From assembly GCA_964016885.1 (NCBI GenBank), contig OZ024742.1, forward strand, positions 249,054,001-249,118,000: 64,000 nt of DNA, written 5' to 3'. The notes under the pieces were generated by a model. The model was not told where the DNA came from and did not search any database. It saw only the letters and a program-made list of their open reading frames with translations. The translations under genes were made by a program, and so were the position numbers. This stretch comes from Eledone cirrhosa. Its lineage: Eukaryota. Below are positions 16,442 through 32,968 of this stretch, one piece after another (within the stretch, counting starts at the first letter, position 1; each line of letters starts with the position of its first letter).

Positions 16442-16780
16442 CATACATATATATATACATATGTATACATAAATATATGTATATATATATATATATATAT
16501 TTATTCATATATATATATATATATGTGTGTGTGTATATACATTGTGTATATATATTATATATATATATTTCTTTGTAACGCAAACATGCATATCATATGA
16601 GAAATCACGAAATATCTACATTTAAATATTATGTTGACACAATTTGAGCAAACCCAAAAGAAAGGATATTGATAATGTATTGATGTCAGCCATTTTTAGA
16701 TTATCTAGATATCAGATAGAGATTCACTTGCAGGCAAAATGAGACAACAGTTTGACATTAAGTATATATATATATATATA

Positions 16781-16847
<67 letters not shown>

Positions 16848-16872
16848 AGTGTATATATATATATATATATAT

Positions 16873-17333
16873 ATAAAGGACGTAAAATAAGAAAATATTT
16901 TTTTAAAAAAATTAAAAAAAAATTTTTTTCTTACTTAAATTTTCACTCCAACTAATTAGTTTCTGCAATGGGATAAAGACAGTTATGTAATCCAACTGTC
17001 GAGAATTCATTGCGTCATCAGGAAGTCTATTCTCAGTTAAGTCTCCGCGGACTTAACTGAGAATAGACTTCCTGATGACGCAATGAATTCTCGACAGTTG
17101 GATTACATAACTGTCTTTATCCCATTGCAGAAACTAATTAGTTGGAGTGAAAATTTAAGTAAGAAAAAAATTTTTTTTTAATTTTTTTAAAAAAATATTT
17201 TCTTATGTTACGTCCTTTATATTATTGTTCTGCATTCTCCTGCATTGAACCACCTAGGTACTATGACATAACCTGTGTATTTGCTGGCATGGGCGTGCAT
17301 CTGTGCGCTTATGTTAGTTGATATATTAAATTA

Positions 17334-17335
<2 letters not shown>
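16873..17335 (+). mobile_element. Family C PLE-type fold-back element: 171-bp near-perfect inverted arms plus ~115-nt tail, in (TA)n
   Basis: Arms 16873-17043 and 17050-17220, loop tccgcg, about one mismatch. Confidence 0.9.
17067..17148 (+). ncRNA. Type I hammerhead ribozyme (mirror copy on the minus strand at ~16945-17026)
   Basis: acttc CTGATGA c gcaatg..gacagtt/aactgtc..cattgc a GAAA ctaattag TT ggagt; predicted cut after 17143. Confidence 0.8.
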
Positions 17336-17382
<47 letters not shown>

Positions 17383-17405
17383 ATGCATGTATGTATATAT
17401 ATATG

Positions 17406-17449
<44 letters not shown>

Positions 17450-17706
17450 AGCCCGTGTGTGTGTGTATATAAAAATGTATGTGTGTGTGTGTGTATATAC
17501 GGGTGGTATGCGAGTGTACGTGTATTTAAATTTAAAGCCACCACTTGTATACATTTTAACCTATATCATGTTAAACAAAAGACACACTAAAATGTATATA
17601 TATATTGTAAAATAATTCTGACAATCTAAATCACTGCATGAATTGTCCAGCTTGCCAGAATAAGTCCTGCCTCACATACACACACGCGCGCGCGCGCACA
17701 CACACA

Positions 17707-17793
<87 letters not shown>

Positions 17794-18073
17794 GCATATA
17801 TGCCCATACATATATATATAAATATACATATGTATGTATCTTTATATATTTATATATTTATATATGTTTGTACATATGCAATATTGACAAAAAATATTTA
17901 ATTATTTACTATATTGCTGAGATTAGTCAGTAAATGCACACAGTTATCTCAACAACTTGATGTATATATGTGTATATGTATGTATAGAAATAGACATACA
18001 AGCATACACAGACATACACACATTCAGACACACACATATATATATCTATATGTATATGTATACACATATATAA

Positions 18074-18140
<67 letters not shown>

Positions 18141-18859
18141 ACAAAATGGTGTTTGTATTCAAATAACTATATCATTTTAAATGCTTAGTGCATCAAGGTA
18201 GAGAGGCGTGTGTCTTTGTGTATATATATATATATATATTTGCCTCTGTTTGTATCGCATGTACTATTCCACGTGTGTGAATGTCTGTATGTGTGTGTGC
18301 GTGTTTTATTGAATATATTTGTGGTGTGTGTACAATAGTGTATATATAGCCTGAATTTTTCTGTTAAGAAAGGATATGTTTAAAAGCATGTGTATATATG
18401 TATATCAACATATTATTATGAAATGATTTTCTAACATTTATTAGATGATATTTTTGTTTTCTTTTCTTTTTTATATTATTTTTTATCTATAAATATAAAT
18501 ATACACCCGCTGCCACAACATATCGAATATAAACTTATTGAACGTTAACTCATGTGAGCCAAGAACTATCATTCTTTTTTAAAATATGTATACATATATC
18601 TATATATACATACAAACACACACACACACTGGCATATACGTATATGTATGTGTGTGTATAATTTAGAATGACAAAATTCATAGAACTAAATGGAAAATGG
18701 AGGCTGGAGATAACACTGAAAATGTGATAGAATATTTATGGAAAGGAACACGCCGATTCTTTAGTTTTTTTCTTGAAAATGTACCTAAAATCTGGAGACG
18801 CAATGGAAAATGTTGGTTGCAATCTGTTTCACGCTGTCAAATTATATGAAGTAATGTAG

Positions 18860-19390
18860 AGGAAATTCGAATAAAACGTGATAAAGACGATTCATTGTAT
18901 GTGTGATACAATGTATAAAAGATACAATGTATATGTGATACAATGTAAATATGATAGAAGTACAGACAATACAATGTACAAACTGTGTACGTTGTAGATG
19001 ATAGAAAGTTCAAACGACAGAAGATAGAGATGATACAATGTACGGATGATGACAAGGTACAGAAGAGACAAGGTATAGACGAAAGAAGGTACTGATTATA
19101 CTTCAAACATACGATGAATGGTATGGAGAATTCTATAGAAGATAGAGACGATATATTGTGCATGCTCCAGAAAATACAGCTGATACATTGATATAGACGG
19201 GAGAATGTAGTGATGATACATTGGTATAGACGAGAGAAGGTGCAGACGAACAATAAAAAGGACTATAGAAGATACAAAATATACACGGTAGATACAGGAC
19301 AATAGAAGGTAATGGCTATAGAATGTACAGATGGCAGAATGTACAGTTGATACATTGATATAGGCGATAGAACCTATAGATGATGAAATG
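18860..19390. repeat. Degenerate purine-rich tandem/low-complexity block (gatacaatgta/gatagaag motifs)
   Basis: Recurrent short motifs; no credible ORF. Confidence 0.55.
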
Positions 19391-20021
19391 TCCCTATCGT
19401 ATGGTAGGATCTGAATTGTAAGATCGTTGTTATGACATGCTATGCACCAGTCATCTGTCCAACAGTGGCGGTTGTGTGTCAAATCACAGGTCAAACTTAA
19501 GGATTTTCCCTAGTTCACACTGTAATGTTCTCTACACATATTTTTCTTTGACAGTCTCTCTTTCTCTCCCTCTCCACAGAAGATACATAGTATAGATGCA
19601 TCGCAGCTTTTCTTTCTTCGCTGTTGCGGGAAAATCTCCAGGAAGGCCAATGAGATGTTGACTAGTTTTACAGAGCTGTTTGTTTGTTATACGTTCTATG
19701 TATGAGATGCCTCAGGCTTTGCGGTGCCATCTTATGTCCAGTGCCTGTATCTTTCGCTATATCTCGCATATGCACCGGAAGATAGTGAACATCAGTTTAA
19801 TGTTAACGTGAAACTAAAGCCACCATATTTCTCTGTATTATTTTGCTCTGCAATATTTATGTTGGTACCATGTACCTTGGAACAACTCTAGAGTTTGGTT
19901 TAGTTATTTGAGTGTGTATTTTTTTTTTGTTCTGTCTTTTGTGTTACGACGATTTAAAATGTCTTCTGTCATAAACCGGAATTGAATAATCTGATTACAT
20001 ACATACATGTATATACATACA

Positions 20022-20615
<594 letters not shown>

Positions 20616-20662
20616 TATATATATATATACAGACGACATACACACTCTCACCACATATATAG

Positions 20663-20727
<65 letters not shown>

Positions 20728-20782
20728 TATATATATACATATATATAAGTGTATATATATGTATATATCTATATATATATGT

Positions 20783-20853
<71 letters not shown>

Positions 20854-20908
20854 TATAAGTGTATATATATATATAAATATATATACATATATATAAGTAT
20901 ATATACTG

Positions 20909-20939
<31 letters not shown>

Positions 20940-20955
20940 ACTTATATATATATAA

Positions 20956-20995
<40 letters not shown>

Positions 20996-21036
20996 TTATA
21001 TATATATAAGTATATATATATATATATATATATATC

Positions 21037-21091
<55 letters not shown>

Positions 21092-21095
<4 letters not shown>

Positions 21096-21261
21096 ATATG
21101 GGTGAGAAGAATACTGCTGGTTGCACATGGATAACATGTTATAAAATGAGTCCCTCATCAGTGATTTACCAAACGATCATGGTATTTCATCGCATTAAAA
21201 ATTAATGCGATGAAATACCCATGATCGTTTGGTAAATCACTGATGAGGGACTCATTTTATA
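21092..21261 (-). mobile_element. Short fold-back element (59-bp arms plus 48-nt tail) in (TA)n
   Basis: Arms 21140-21198 and 21202-21261. Confidence 0.85.
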
Positions 21262-21463
21262 TATATATATATACTTATATATGTATGTATGTATATATAT
21301 ATATATATACTTATATATATGTATGTATATATATATATATATACTTATATATATATGTATGTATGTATATATATATATATATACTTATATATATGTATGT
21401 ATGTATATATATATAAATATATATACATATACATATATATGTATATATATGTATATACATATA

Positions 21464-21546
<83 letters not shown>

Positions 21547-21864
21547 GTATACATATATATATATCTATATCTATCTATATATATATATATATATAAATAT
21601 ATATATATGAGATTGTGTGAATTTCTTTATGTGATAACATAATATACAAACAAATGTTAGTCATCATAAAAGAAGACCATTCTTAAGTCTGTCTTTTATT
21701 CAACACATTTATAACACCATAACGGCGCAATAGTGAATTCTATGTGTTTAATTTTTATGGGGCTGTTACTTATGATATAGTAACACAATTACATTTAATC
21801 CCCACCTCAAGTAAGATGTCAGCTAAGGATCATCAAAGATCATTTCCTCGTATATATATAGTTC

Positions 21865-21993
<129 letters not shown>

Positions 21994-22302
21994 ATCATGT
22001 GAATGTGTTTGTGTGTATGTGGCCAAAAATCTCAACAATTCGAAAGCGTGCTCTCTATATAAATAGAGAGGTAATATTTATCTATTATGAATCGTACACA
22101 CGATAATCTATTTATAACTAGTGAGTTCATAGGCTAATAAAGCTCATCAAGCCATTTTGTTAGTGCTATCGCCAGATCGTCAGGGGAATATTCAAACATT
22201 AATAGCTTGCAGTCCTGCTGTCTTTTTTAGCACGTGAAACCACTTGTCACAAATGTATATTCGTGTGCACAAATCATTAAACACTCACACGAAAACACTC
22301 TT

Positions 22303-22369
<67 letters not shown>

Positions 22370-22587
22370 TATGTATATATATATATATATACGGTGATGA
22401 ATTTGTTTGCAAGGTTTTTATATGGAATCGTGTATTGAAACACATAATGTTATATTTGGGATGGGTCATATTCATATAAGATTTTCAGAAATATTTAATA
22501 TAATAACAGTGAGTGTGTTTTATATATTTCTGACAATATTATAAGAATATGACCCTCCTCCAAATATAACAATATATATATATATAC

Positions 22588-22653
<66 letters not shown>

Positions 22654-22749
22654 TTATATATATGCTGATATATATGCTGAAATATGCTGATATTCTGCCG
22701 CCTTTCATAACCAATCTAAATAGTCATGTATAGTGCCGTGCTGCTCATG

Positions 22750-23180
22750 TCATTGACCTTCGATAAAATAAATTTCCAGTAAAATACTGAGGTTGACCAA
22801 ATCAGATTACACGTTCGCTCAAAAGTTGCTGGCCTTGTGCCTAAATTAGCAACCATTCTAAGTATTATTGTTTCATCATTCCAGTGACGTTAAAATAAAG
22901 TACCAGTCAGTTACTGAGGTTGATTTAATCAACGTACATCTTCGCCTAAAAATTATTGGCCTTAGTATATATTATTGTTATTATTATTGTTGTTACTATT
23001 ATTATCATAATTATTATCATTGTTATTATTATTTTTATCATTAATATTATTATGATTTTCCTTCTGGGGTCTATAATATTAAGTACCATTCAAGTATTGC
23101 AGTCAATTTAATCGAAGTTCCCTATCCCCCATACTCGACAAACAAACTGATGGCCATGTGCCTGAATTAGAAACCATTAT
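22750..23180 (+). mobile_element. Three degenerate SINE 3' fragments
   Basis: Recurrent aaataaagtaccag...gctggccttgtgcct motifs. Confidence 0.65.
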
Positions 23181-23388
23181 TTTTGTTGATATTTTAAAAT
23201 ATATTTTGTATTATATCAGGTTCTGTTTGTATGTTTCTGAATTCTTATTCTTGCTTGAGTTCCAATTCTTCTTCTCATTCTACCTGTTATATATATATGG
23301 TAGTTTGCAATTCAGTCTTTTTTACGTGAACAATGGGTGGTGCTGATGTGTATGACAGTTGTTCTTGAATATCTAGGAAATATATTGA

Positions 23389-25105
<1,717 letters not shown>

Positions 25106-25143
25106 ACTCTTTTACCTGTTTCAGCCATCCGGCTGAGGCCATG

Positions 25144-25196
<53 letters not shown>

Positions 25197-25227
25197 ATAT
25201 ATATATATATATATATGTATAGGCATA

Positions 25228-25271
<44 letters not shown>

Positions 25272-25419
25272 TATGCCTATACATATATATATGCCTAGGC
25301 ATATATCCATATATATGCGTGACTGTGTGTGAGGTGGCATGGATGTGTTGGTGGTGGTATTTACGCATATGTATATACATATATGCATATTTATACGTCA
25401 TTTACAACATATGTTTGAG

Positions 25420-25450
<31 letters not shown>

Positions 25451-25468
25451 ACATACTCACACACACAC

Positions 25469-25521
<53 letters not shown>

Positions 25522-27665
25522 CATACATACATACATATATCATGCTTATAGATGCACATGGACTTTACACGCATGTGTTTATGATTATGCAGCAGCGAAG
25601 CAAGATTTGTAAACAGTATTGGAAGCAGAGAAACTTGATTAACATGCAGTAATATGTTCCATATATGGTATTGTGGTAGCAGCAGCAGCAGCAGTGATTG
25701 GAAGGTCACATGAATAACTGACCCTCTGAATTTTGTGAATGCAGGGACTACTAAATTGACATTAAAAAATAATTACAAAATTTTCACTCTCAGTTCCATG
25801 CAGAATTCTTTCAAAATTTGAAATCTGTGTTGTTGTTGTTGTTGTTTTTGATGTTTATAATGTTGTTGTTGTTTTCCCCCTTTTACAATTTAAGAAGAAG
25901 ACGAAGACGAAAAAACTGAAGAAGAAAAAATGGAAAAGCGCAGCTAAATTTTCATTTATTTAAAAATAAAATGAAAAAATTTTAAAAAACATTATGTTTA
26001 AAATACTATAATAAAAAAAAAAGATGCAGATGAATAAATCGATAAATGAATTAATAAAGAAAGAAATATTAAAAATAAGAAGAAAAGAGAAAGAGTACAG
26101 GAATTACCATTGTTAACTTTAAGATTTGCATGTGGAACTGTTGGTAAATGATGCGGTTTGGTGCATTAACCAACAGTAGAGATTCATTCAACAAAACCAA
26201 AATGATTTTTATAGAGAAAAGTGCTTTGAATTTTTTGTTTTGAATAAATTTGGTTTTGTTATGAAATATTTCCGAAAGTTGTTTTTTTTAATATTAATTT
26301 TCGATCTTGAATCTGATCTTTGAAAGAAAAGTTGTGAGCCTTAGTTTGAGAAATATCTGATACAATTAGTCAAGTGTCTACCTCAATAATGGTTAAATAT
26401 GTTCCGACAATTGTTACAGATGTTCAAACAAATTAACATGCACGTTGCTGAACATTGCACAAATACGTGTACCCTTATTTCTCAAGGAGATCCAATGAGG
26501 CACAATGTATTAAAAGACTGTCGTTTTAAATTCCAGATGCAACTCATTTTTGTTTTAGCCACGAGAGATGAAGTAGCACGAAGTAAAATGTTTTGCTCAA
26601 ACAGAATACATACTAATAGGAAACGAACTCACAACATTACTATCCTGAGACGAACACCCTAATAACTAAGCCACGCGCCTACTAAGTAGTAAAATTCTCT
26701 TGAATACTGTATATTCTCCTCGTGTAAATAGTCACACCACTGTAAGTTTCCTTCAGTCTTTACCAGGATCTAACTTTTCAATTGTTTAACCGTATTGCAG
26801 AAAGTTAAAATATGTTGCAGTTTGAAGTTAAGTGTATATATTTCTAAAGAATAATCAGTCTCTTGCACTATAATATATTTGATTATCTAACCCTGGATTC
26901 GCTATGTGTGCAAATCTTTAAATGCAATGAAATTGTGTAACGCCTAGTGTCATCTACTTTCATTAAATACATTAGTAAGGGATGTAGCAATGTCAATATT
27001 TATCTATTCACATATAAATACAACATTTGATAATGTCTAGAAATCTGTAAATAATATGAAATTTGCAAAACCTGAAGGCCCCATATATAGCAAAGTCAAT
27101 ATTTATTTATTAACAAATGAATACAACAACATGAAGTGTCATGAAAATAATTGGCTAGATTTTGTCTAAAAAAAGCATTATTGCAACTAGCAGAAAAAAC
27201 ACCTGTGTAGTGGTCATATTGATATTATATGCAAACATACATGCATGTAGAAATGATATGTCAAATAAAATCGTAATTGACAATAAGCACAGAAATTGAA
27301 GAGAGACTGTTTTACACTCTCTTTTGTAATTAGTAAAGTAATCCGTAATCCATGATACATTTAAAAAAGACGATATTATATATAAACTGCATTACGGTGA
27401 AATGTAATGAAAGAGGAAAAAGGAGAAAATTAACGACAGAAATATAAACCTTATATAACGATTCAAATATATAAACGTTTACATAAGCGATGTAATAAGT
27501 ATTTTGATATAACGGACGCTAATCGGAAGTGTAGACATTTGAAAATATTTAAAGAAATGTATCTTAAAATAAGGAATCATTATATATAAGAATATTTACG
27601 TTTAATCAACAGCTACGAAATTTAGTACAAACATTATGTAATATTCTTTCATTATTTATTCAAAG

Positions 27666-27852
27666 GGGCGGTGAATTGGCAGTATCGGTAGAGGGTCGGA
27701 CGCCATGCTTTGACGCATAGAGTTACGGCCCTTGCCATTCTGAGTTCAAATCCCGCCGAGGTTAACTTTTCCTTTCATCCTTGCGGGGTCGACAAAATAA
27801 AGTACCAGTAATGCACTGGGTATTTGCTGGCCTTGTGCTAATAGTAGAAACA
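27666..27852 (+). mobile_element. Full-length tRNA-derived SINE with 15-bp TSD
   Basis: TSD attatttattcaaag at 27651-27665 and 27853-27867; a second small inverted SINE fragment lies at 27868-27948. Confidence 0.92.
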
Positions 27853-28234
27853 ATTATTTATTCAAAGTAAAGGCAAAGTTAACCTCGACTGAGTTCAAAT
27901 CCTGCCGAGGTTAACTTTGCCTTTCATCCTTACGTGGTCGATAAAATAACAAAAAACAGTAAAGCGTATCAGTGAGCTGCTCAACATTACCAGAGAGACC
28001 AATTACATCAATAGTCAAATCAAGAGAACTCAAACTATACGGTTATATAAAAAGATCAACTCGTCGTGTTATGCCTGGAAGGAAGGTTGGCTGGTGGGAG
28101 AGCAGTGGCCGGCAGCCAAAACGATGGCTAATTTTAGTGCCGTGTCGCACAGAATTTAGACGCCTCTCATTTTGATATGTCATCTGTTTGTGCTGATATA
28201 TATATAAATATATATATATATAGGAAAAAGTATG

Positions 28235-28331
28235 ACCCCAACGGCAGAGATCAAACCCTTTCGACGGCTATTTCTGGACTAAATTAGAATTTTTAGCCTG
28301 GTGAATAAATAACCGAACTTGTCAAGGGGGC
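28235..28331 (-). ncRNA. Decayed family A hammerhead (core deleted in the right-arm copy at 30968-31052)
   Basis: Composite of both arms: gccccc TTGACAA g..cggctattt..aaatagccg tc GAAA cggc ttgagctct gccg TC ggggg. Confidence 0.6.
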
Positions 28332-29024
28332 ACTTCCTTATATGGGAAGATTGTAGTTGTCAAGAGGATTGGTTAACATTTGTTGTAAACACAAATAAGT
28401 CTATCATGGCATTTGGTGGGAGGTAGAGGCGGCTGAACTTGACTGTAGAACAATAGGGAAGTGACTGGAGCGGTCAAGCGTTGAAGGTGATATGTATACA
28501 GCAGATTCTAAGGATAGTGTATGAAGTGGAAGAGGGAGGTTATAGAATAGGTAAATCGAATGAGAGTAGGAGACAATAAAAGATAATAGAAAGAAAGACA
28601 AATTTAATAAAATATATAAAATTAGATAGTGAGAAATGAATTAAAAAAATCACAATGCTATCTTACAATTACAAGTTAATAAGTTGAGAATAGAAAAAAC
28701 ATGTAGAATGAGTAATAACAAAACTGATACAAAATTAAAGGGGTTTTAAATCATCTGCTATAAGTAGTTAGTAAAACGTATCCGGCCAATTCTATCTTAA
28801 AATTACAGGGGTCGGGGAACTGATGCTACAGAGGCGCGATGGGCTGCATCGGAGTAGGCGAAATGGGAAAAGCAGACGAGGAAGAAAATAGGGCGTGGAA
28901 GGAAGTGATAGGATGAAACAGGGGGAAGAAGAAGACAAAGAGGGAAAGAAAAGTGATACATCTCCCTATTTAAGCTGGGGTTTTCCCTAACTTATTCGGC
29001 AAGTGGGGGACTATCAGCCCTTGT

Positions 29025-30142
29025 CTACCCACCCGGGTCGTTATGAGGTTTGAGGGCGAGGTAAGTCCTACGCAATCTGTGTTTGCATGCGGTTTCCAGT
29101 TCGTCTTTCTTGTTTAGGAGTTGATCCTTCGAAAACAACATTTGTAATGTTTCCTCCGAGCATAAGTTACACGGACGGCGTTCTCCCGTGTAAGAGTTAG
29201 CTTTGGACGGTAAGTTCCAAGTGAGATTGTAGGTTATATTATTATCTTTGAGGTCCCAGATGTGGCCCGAACGTGTAGTGGCATGTCGCCGGACCGGGTT
29301 TCGGAAAGTTTGTCGGTGTTGGTAGAGCCGGGTCTTGAAGTCACATGCGGTTAATCCTATATAAGCTTTGTTGGAGGTGTCCGTCCTCACGTTGCACTGG
29401 TAGATCACGTTACGTTCTCGGCATTTGTTGTTGAGGGGGCACGTAGATCTATCAGGGCAGTTACACCTCCTCGTCGGCTCTCCACTGATGTCTAGGTTAT
29501 TTCTTCCATAGGGGTTGAGTTTTTTGTTGTTTGAGGAGACGATGTTTTGTGCGAAGTTAGGTGTGGTGCTGTAGGAGAGTTTTATGTTGTTTTTGTTGAT
29601 TATGTTGTGGTAGCGGTGTTGTAGTGGGAAATGTTTTTCGAGGAGTCTAAAGAAGATTTTCCCGATAGGTGTTGCAACCTCGGCATTATGGGGAGGATTG
29701 AACCACATTACGTTGCGTGAGTGGCGGTGTCGCCTGCTGGATCCGCTAAGGGAAGCTGGATAAAAGGATATTTCCTCCCGTAAGCCACTCCGCTTGAGGG
29801 GCTGGTTGTAATGAGGCGCGTGTTCGTCGAATATCTGATCATTAGCGGAAAAACGAGATATGCGGAGGGAGATGTTTTTAACCAGGCTATTGGTGATGTT
29901 TCTATGATGGTTAGAGCGGCGGTGGTTGTAGTGCAGGTTGTCATTTGGTTTCCTGTATGGGTAGTACTGATCATTTTCGAGGTTAAGGGTAACGTCCAGG
30001 TAATTGGCTCGGGTTAGGGATGTTTGTAGGGTGATTTTAAATCCCCAGTCCTGGAAGAAGTTGATTAGTTGTTTACGGACCCGGTCTGTACTACTGGGGT
30101 TGTACCCTTTAAGGGTGAGGAGCCCATCATCCCGGTACAATC
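29025..30142 (-). pseudogene. 5'-truncated PLE ORF: RT C-terminal half plus GIY-YIG endonuclease (Hydra-clade-like)
   Basis: GLYRDDGL, NYLDVTLNL, WFNPP, CNCPDRSTCPL (CxCx5C), NVIYQ..AYIG, FKTRLYQH, CNLC; the ORF 5' end in the track is read through the inversion junction. Confidence 0.9.
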
Positions 30143-30686
30143 CACGCCGTCCGTGTAACTTATGCTCGGAGGAAATATTACAAATGCTGTTTTCGAAGGA
30201 CCAACTCCTAAACAAGAAAGACGAACTGGTAACGGCATGCAAACACAGATTGCGTAGGACTTACCTCGCCCTCAAACCCCATAAGGACCAGGGTGGGTAG
30301 ACAAGGGCTGATAACCGCCCACTTGCAGAATAAGTTAGGGAAAACCCCAGCTTACATAGGTAGATGTATCTCTTTTATTTTCCTCTTTGTCTTCTTCTTC
30401 CCCCTGTCTCATCCTATCACTTCCTTCCACGCCCTATTTTCTTCCTCGTCTGCTTTTCCCCTTTCCCCTACCCCGATGCAGCCTATCGGGCCTCTGTAAC
30501 ATTAGTTCACCCACCCCTGTAATTTTAAGATAGAATTGGCCGAATACGTTTTACTAACTACCTATAGAAGATGTGTTAAAACCCCTTTAATTTTGTATCA
30601 GTTTCTACAAGTTTTTGTCTATACTCAACTTCTTAACCTGTAATTGTAAGATAGCATTGTGAGTTTTTTATTCATTTCTCACTATC

Positions 30687-30748
<62 letters not shown>

Positions 30749-31144
30749 ATTTCTTTCTATTATCTTTTATTGTCTCCTACTCTCATGCGATTTACCAATT
30801 TTATAACCTCCCTCCTCCACTTCATACACTATCATTAGAATCTGCTGTATTGTTCTACAGGTAAGGTCAGCCACCCCTACCTCCCACCAAATACCATGAT
30901 AGACTTATTTGTGTTTGCAACAAATTTTAACCAATCCTCTTGACAACTACAATCTTCCCATGTAAGGAGTTCGGCTATTTATTCACCAGGCTAAAAATGT
31001 TAATTTATTCCAGAAATAGCCGTCGAAACGGCTTGAGCTCTGCCGTCGGGGGTCATACTTTTTCCTATTTCCCACTCTACTACCCTAAGTATTGAGTACT
31101 CTGGTGCGTTATGGTCCATCTGGTTCCTTACCACAATTCCTTTG

Positions 31145-31183
<39 letters not shown>

Positions 31184-31189
<6 letters not shown>

Positions 31190-31381
31190 ATATAGAAATG
31201 GCTTCTACAGGACTAGAACTGTTTCATTCGGGAGAAATCATCAGGGCTTCCTGGTGATTTCTCCCGAATGAAACAGTTCTAGTCCTGTAGAAGCCATTTT
31301 TATATTAAATATTTATACACTGCTATGTATTGAGTACCTTACTTACTGTGGTTATCCCCGAGTGAACCCAGGATAAACTTA
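31184..31381 (+). mobile_element. Family B fold-back element (~62-bp arms plus 70-nt tail) in (TA)n
   Basis: Arms 31184-31245 and 31250-31311. Confidence 0.88.
31245..31295 (+). ncRNA. Type I hammerhead ribozyme
   Basis: ggcttc CTGGTGA (CTGATGA in the mirror arm) t ttc tccc gaa t GAAA cag ttctagtc ctg TA gaagcc; predicted cut after 31289. Confidence 0.78.
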
Positions 31382-31391
31382 TATATATATG

Positions 31392-32565
31392 TACTAGCTG
31401 AGCTACGCGGTAATTCCCGATTATTTTATTAAATTTTAAATATTTGACCATTTAAATATGATTGCCGAATTTTAACTAAAGTAGGAATTATAGCAGAATA
31501 TTTATTGTCGTTAGTTGAAAGCAAATCATGTAGATAAAAATATTATTAGTTTTGTCTAGTGGTGATTTTTTTAATACTGCTCCCTATTACAGTTAGCATA
31601 TATAATGCTTTTCACTTGGAAGAATCATTAGGTATGTTGTCATTGAAAAGGGCATGATAAAAAAAAAAAAATTTAGATTTTATTTATCCGTTTTTTTTGT
31701 TTTTTTTTGCACAATCAGAACCTCTGAAAATCAAACAAAATGTGAAGGCTATTTTAAATAATAAATTTACAATTGGTTTATGAATGAATGAATAATTTAC
31801 TTACTTACATCTGTAATTTAGGAAAGTTTATTTAAATGTGTATAAGTGTGGTAAATATATACATACCAGCCGGATAGCGCCTGGCGGTAGGCCTGCATCA
31901 GATCTTTTAGAAAGCCCTCACAACCAGTGTGACAATAGCAGGATTGTGGCAAAACTAATGGTACAACACAGTTGTAACTTTTACCACGGAATCTAGTGAT
32001 TATGGTCATTGAGCATTCCAATGGTGGTGGTGGTATTTTTCACGCGTCAGAAACGAGTCACCACAATAGCTCCCCCTAATACGTGCTCGGAACGACAATG
32101 TGACTTGAGAGAGCGTGCGGTATCTTTGCACTGCAGTGGAGGGGGGCTTCCTGAAAAGATAAAATGCCGGTATACCTAGCCGGACGCCAGTCGGACGGGC
32201 CAGCTCGTATATATATATATCTAGCCGACGTACCTAGCTTCGCTTAGATAAACAGACGATAAGAGAAGACAGGTAAAAAATATATATATATATATGTACT
32301 TGGAAGTGTAAGTATTACAAACCTGTTTCGATTCTGCTGTGCGAGTATGTCTGTATGGCAGCTCCGCTATTCTAATTGCTTACCCTTTTCGAATATACTT
32401 TATTGCCGTGGTCTTTTCATAAATCGAGTCGTTGCTCGTCTCTCGGACGTCAGAGCTCGACAAAAATAGCCTCACTATGGTGCAAATTTGATGCCGTTTG
32501 GTGCACCTGTTTGGCCCAAAGTTTGTTACATACATAGATACATACATACGACCGTCAGCTTAAAA

Positions 32566-32570
<5 letters not shown>
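31392..32570. mobile_element. Possible non-autonomous Helitron-like remnants
   Basis: CTAG ends next to GC-rich pseudo-hairpins (31392, ~32190, 32221); family resemblance only. Confidence 0.3.
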
Positions 32571-32632
<62 letters not shown>

Positions 32633-32968
32633 CATATGTGTGTATGTGTGTATGTATATAAGTGTGTGTGTGTGTGCATGGATATGTTTGTCTCTGTATG
32701 TCAGTGTGTTTGTATGTGTGCGTAAATCGTATTTTAAGGAACGTTGAGTGAATCACAAATTTCGAATGTATATTAACTTAAAGTTAACTGTTTTAACAAA
32801 GATTTGTACATTGCCTCTAGGAAAGGAAATAAATTGAACAGCATTGCCTGTATGATTATAACTCACATCTGCCTAATGCTGCACGGCTACGCATCCGAAT
32901 ACACCTAAGCGGGCTGATAAGTTTTCCCGTCATTCTAAGCGTTATCTGTTGGCCAGTAGATGTAAATT

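Larger units (their letters stand above)
28221..31148. mobile_element. Family A Penelope-like element as a ~2.9-kb palindromic insertion in (TA)n
   Basis: 28221-~29185 is mirrored by ~30143-31068, with a ~80-nt tail only on the right arm; the left arm carries RT and GIY-YIG. Confidence 0.92.

Noticed and set aside
16873-17220. MITE or pre-miRNA interpretation of the hairpins
   Set aside because: The asymmetric tail, variable inversion points, embedded hammerheads and sequence link to a PLE ORF fit PLE-type insertion better
30004-30300. 98-aa + strand ORF
   Set aside because: Chimera of antisense RT and the mirrored PLE C-terminus across the inversion junction
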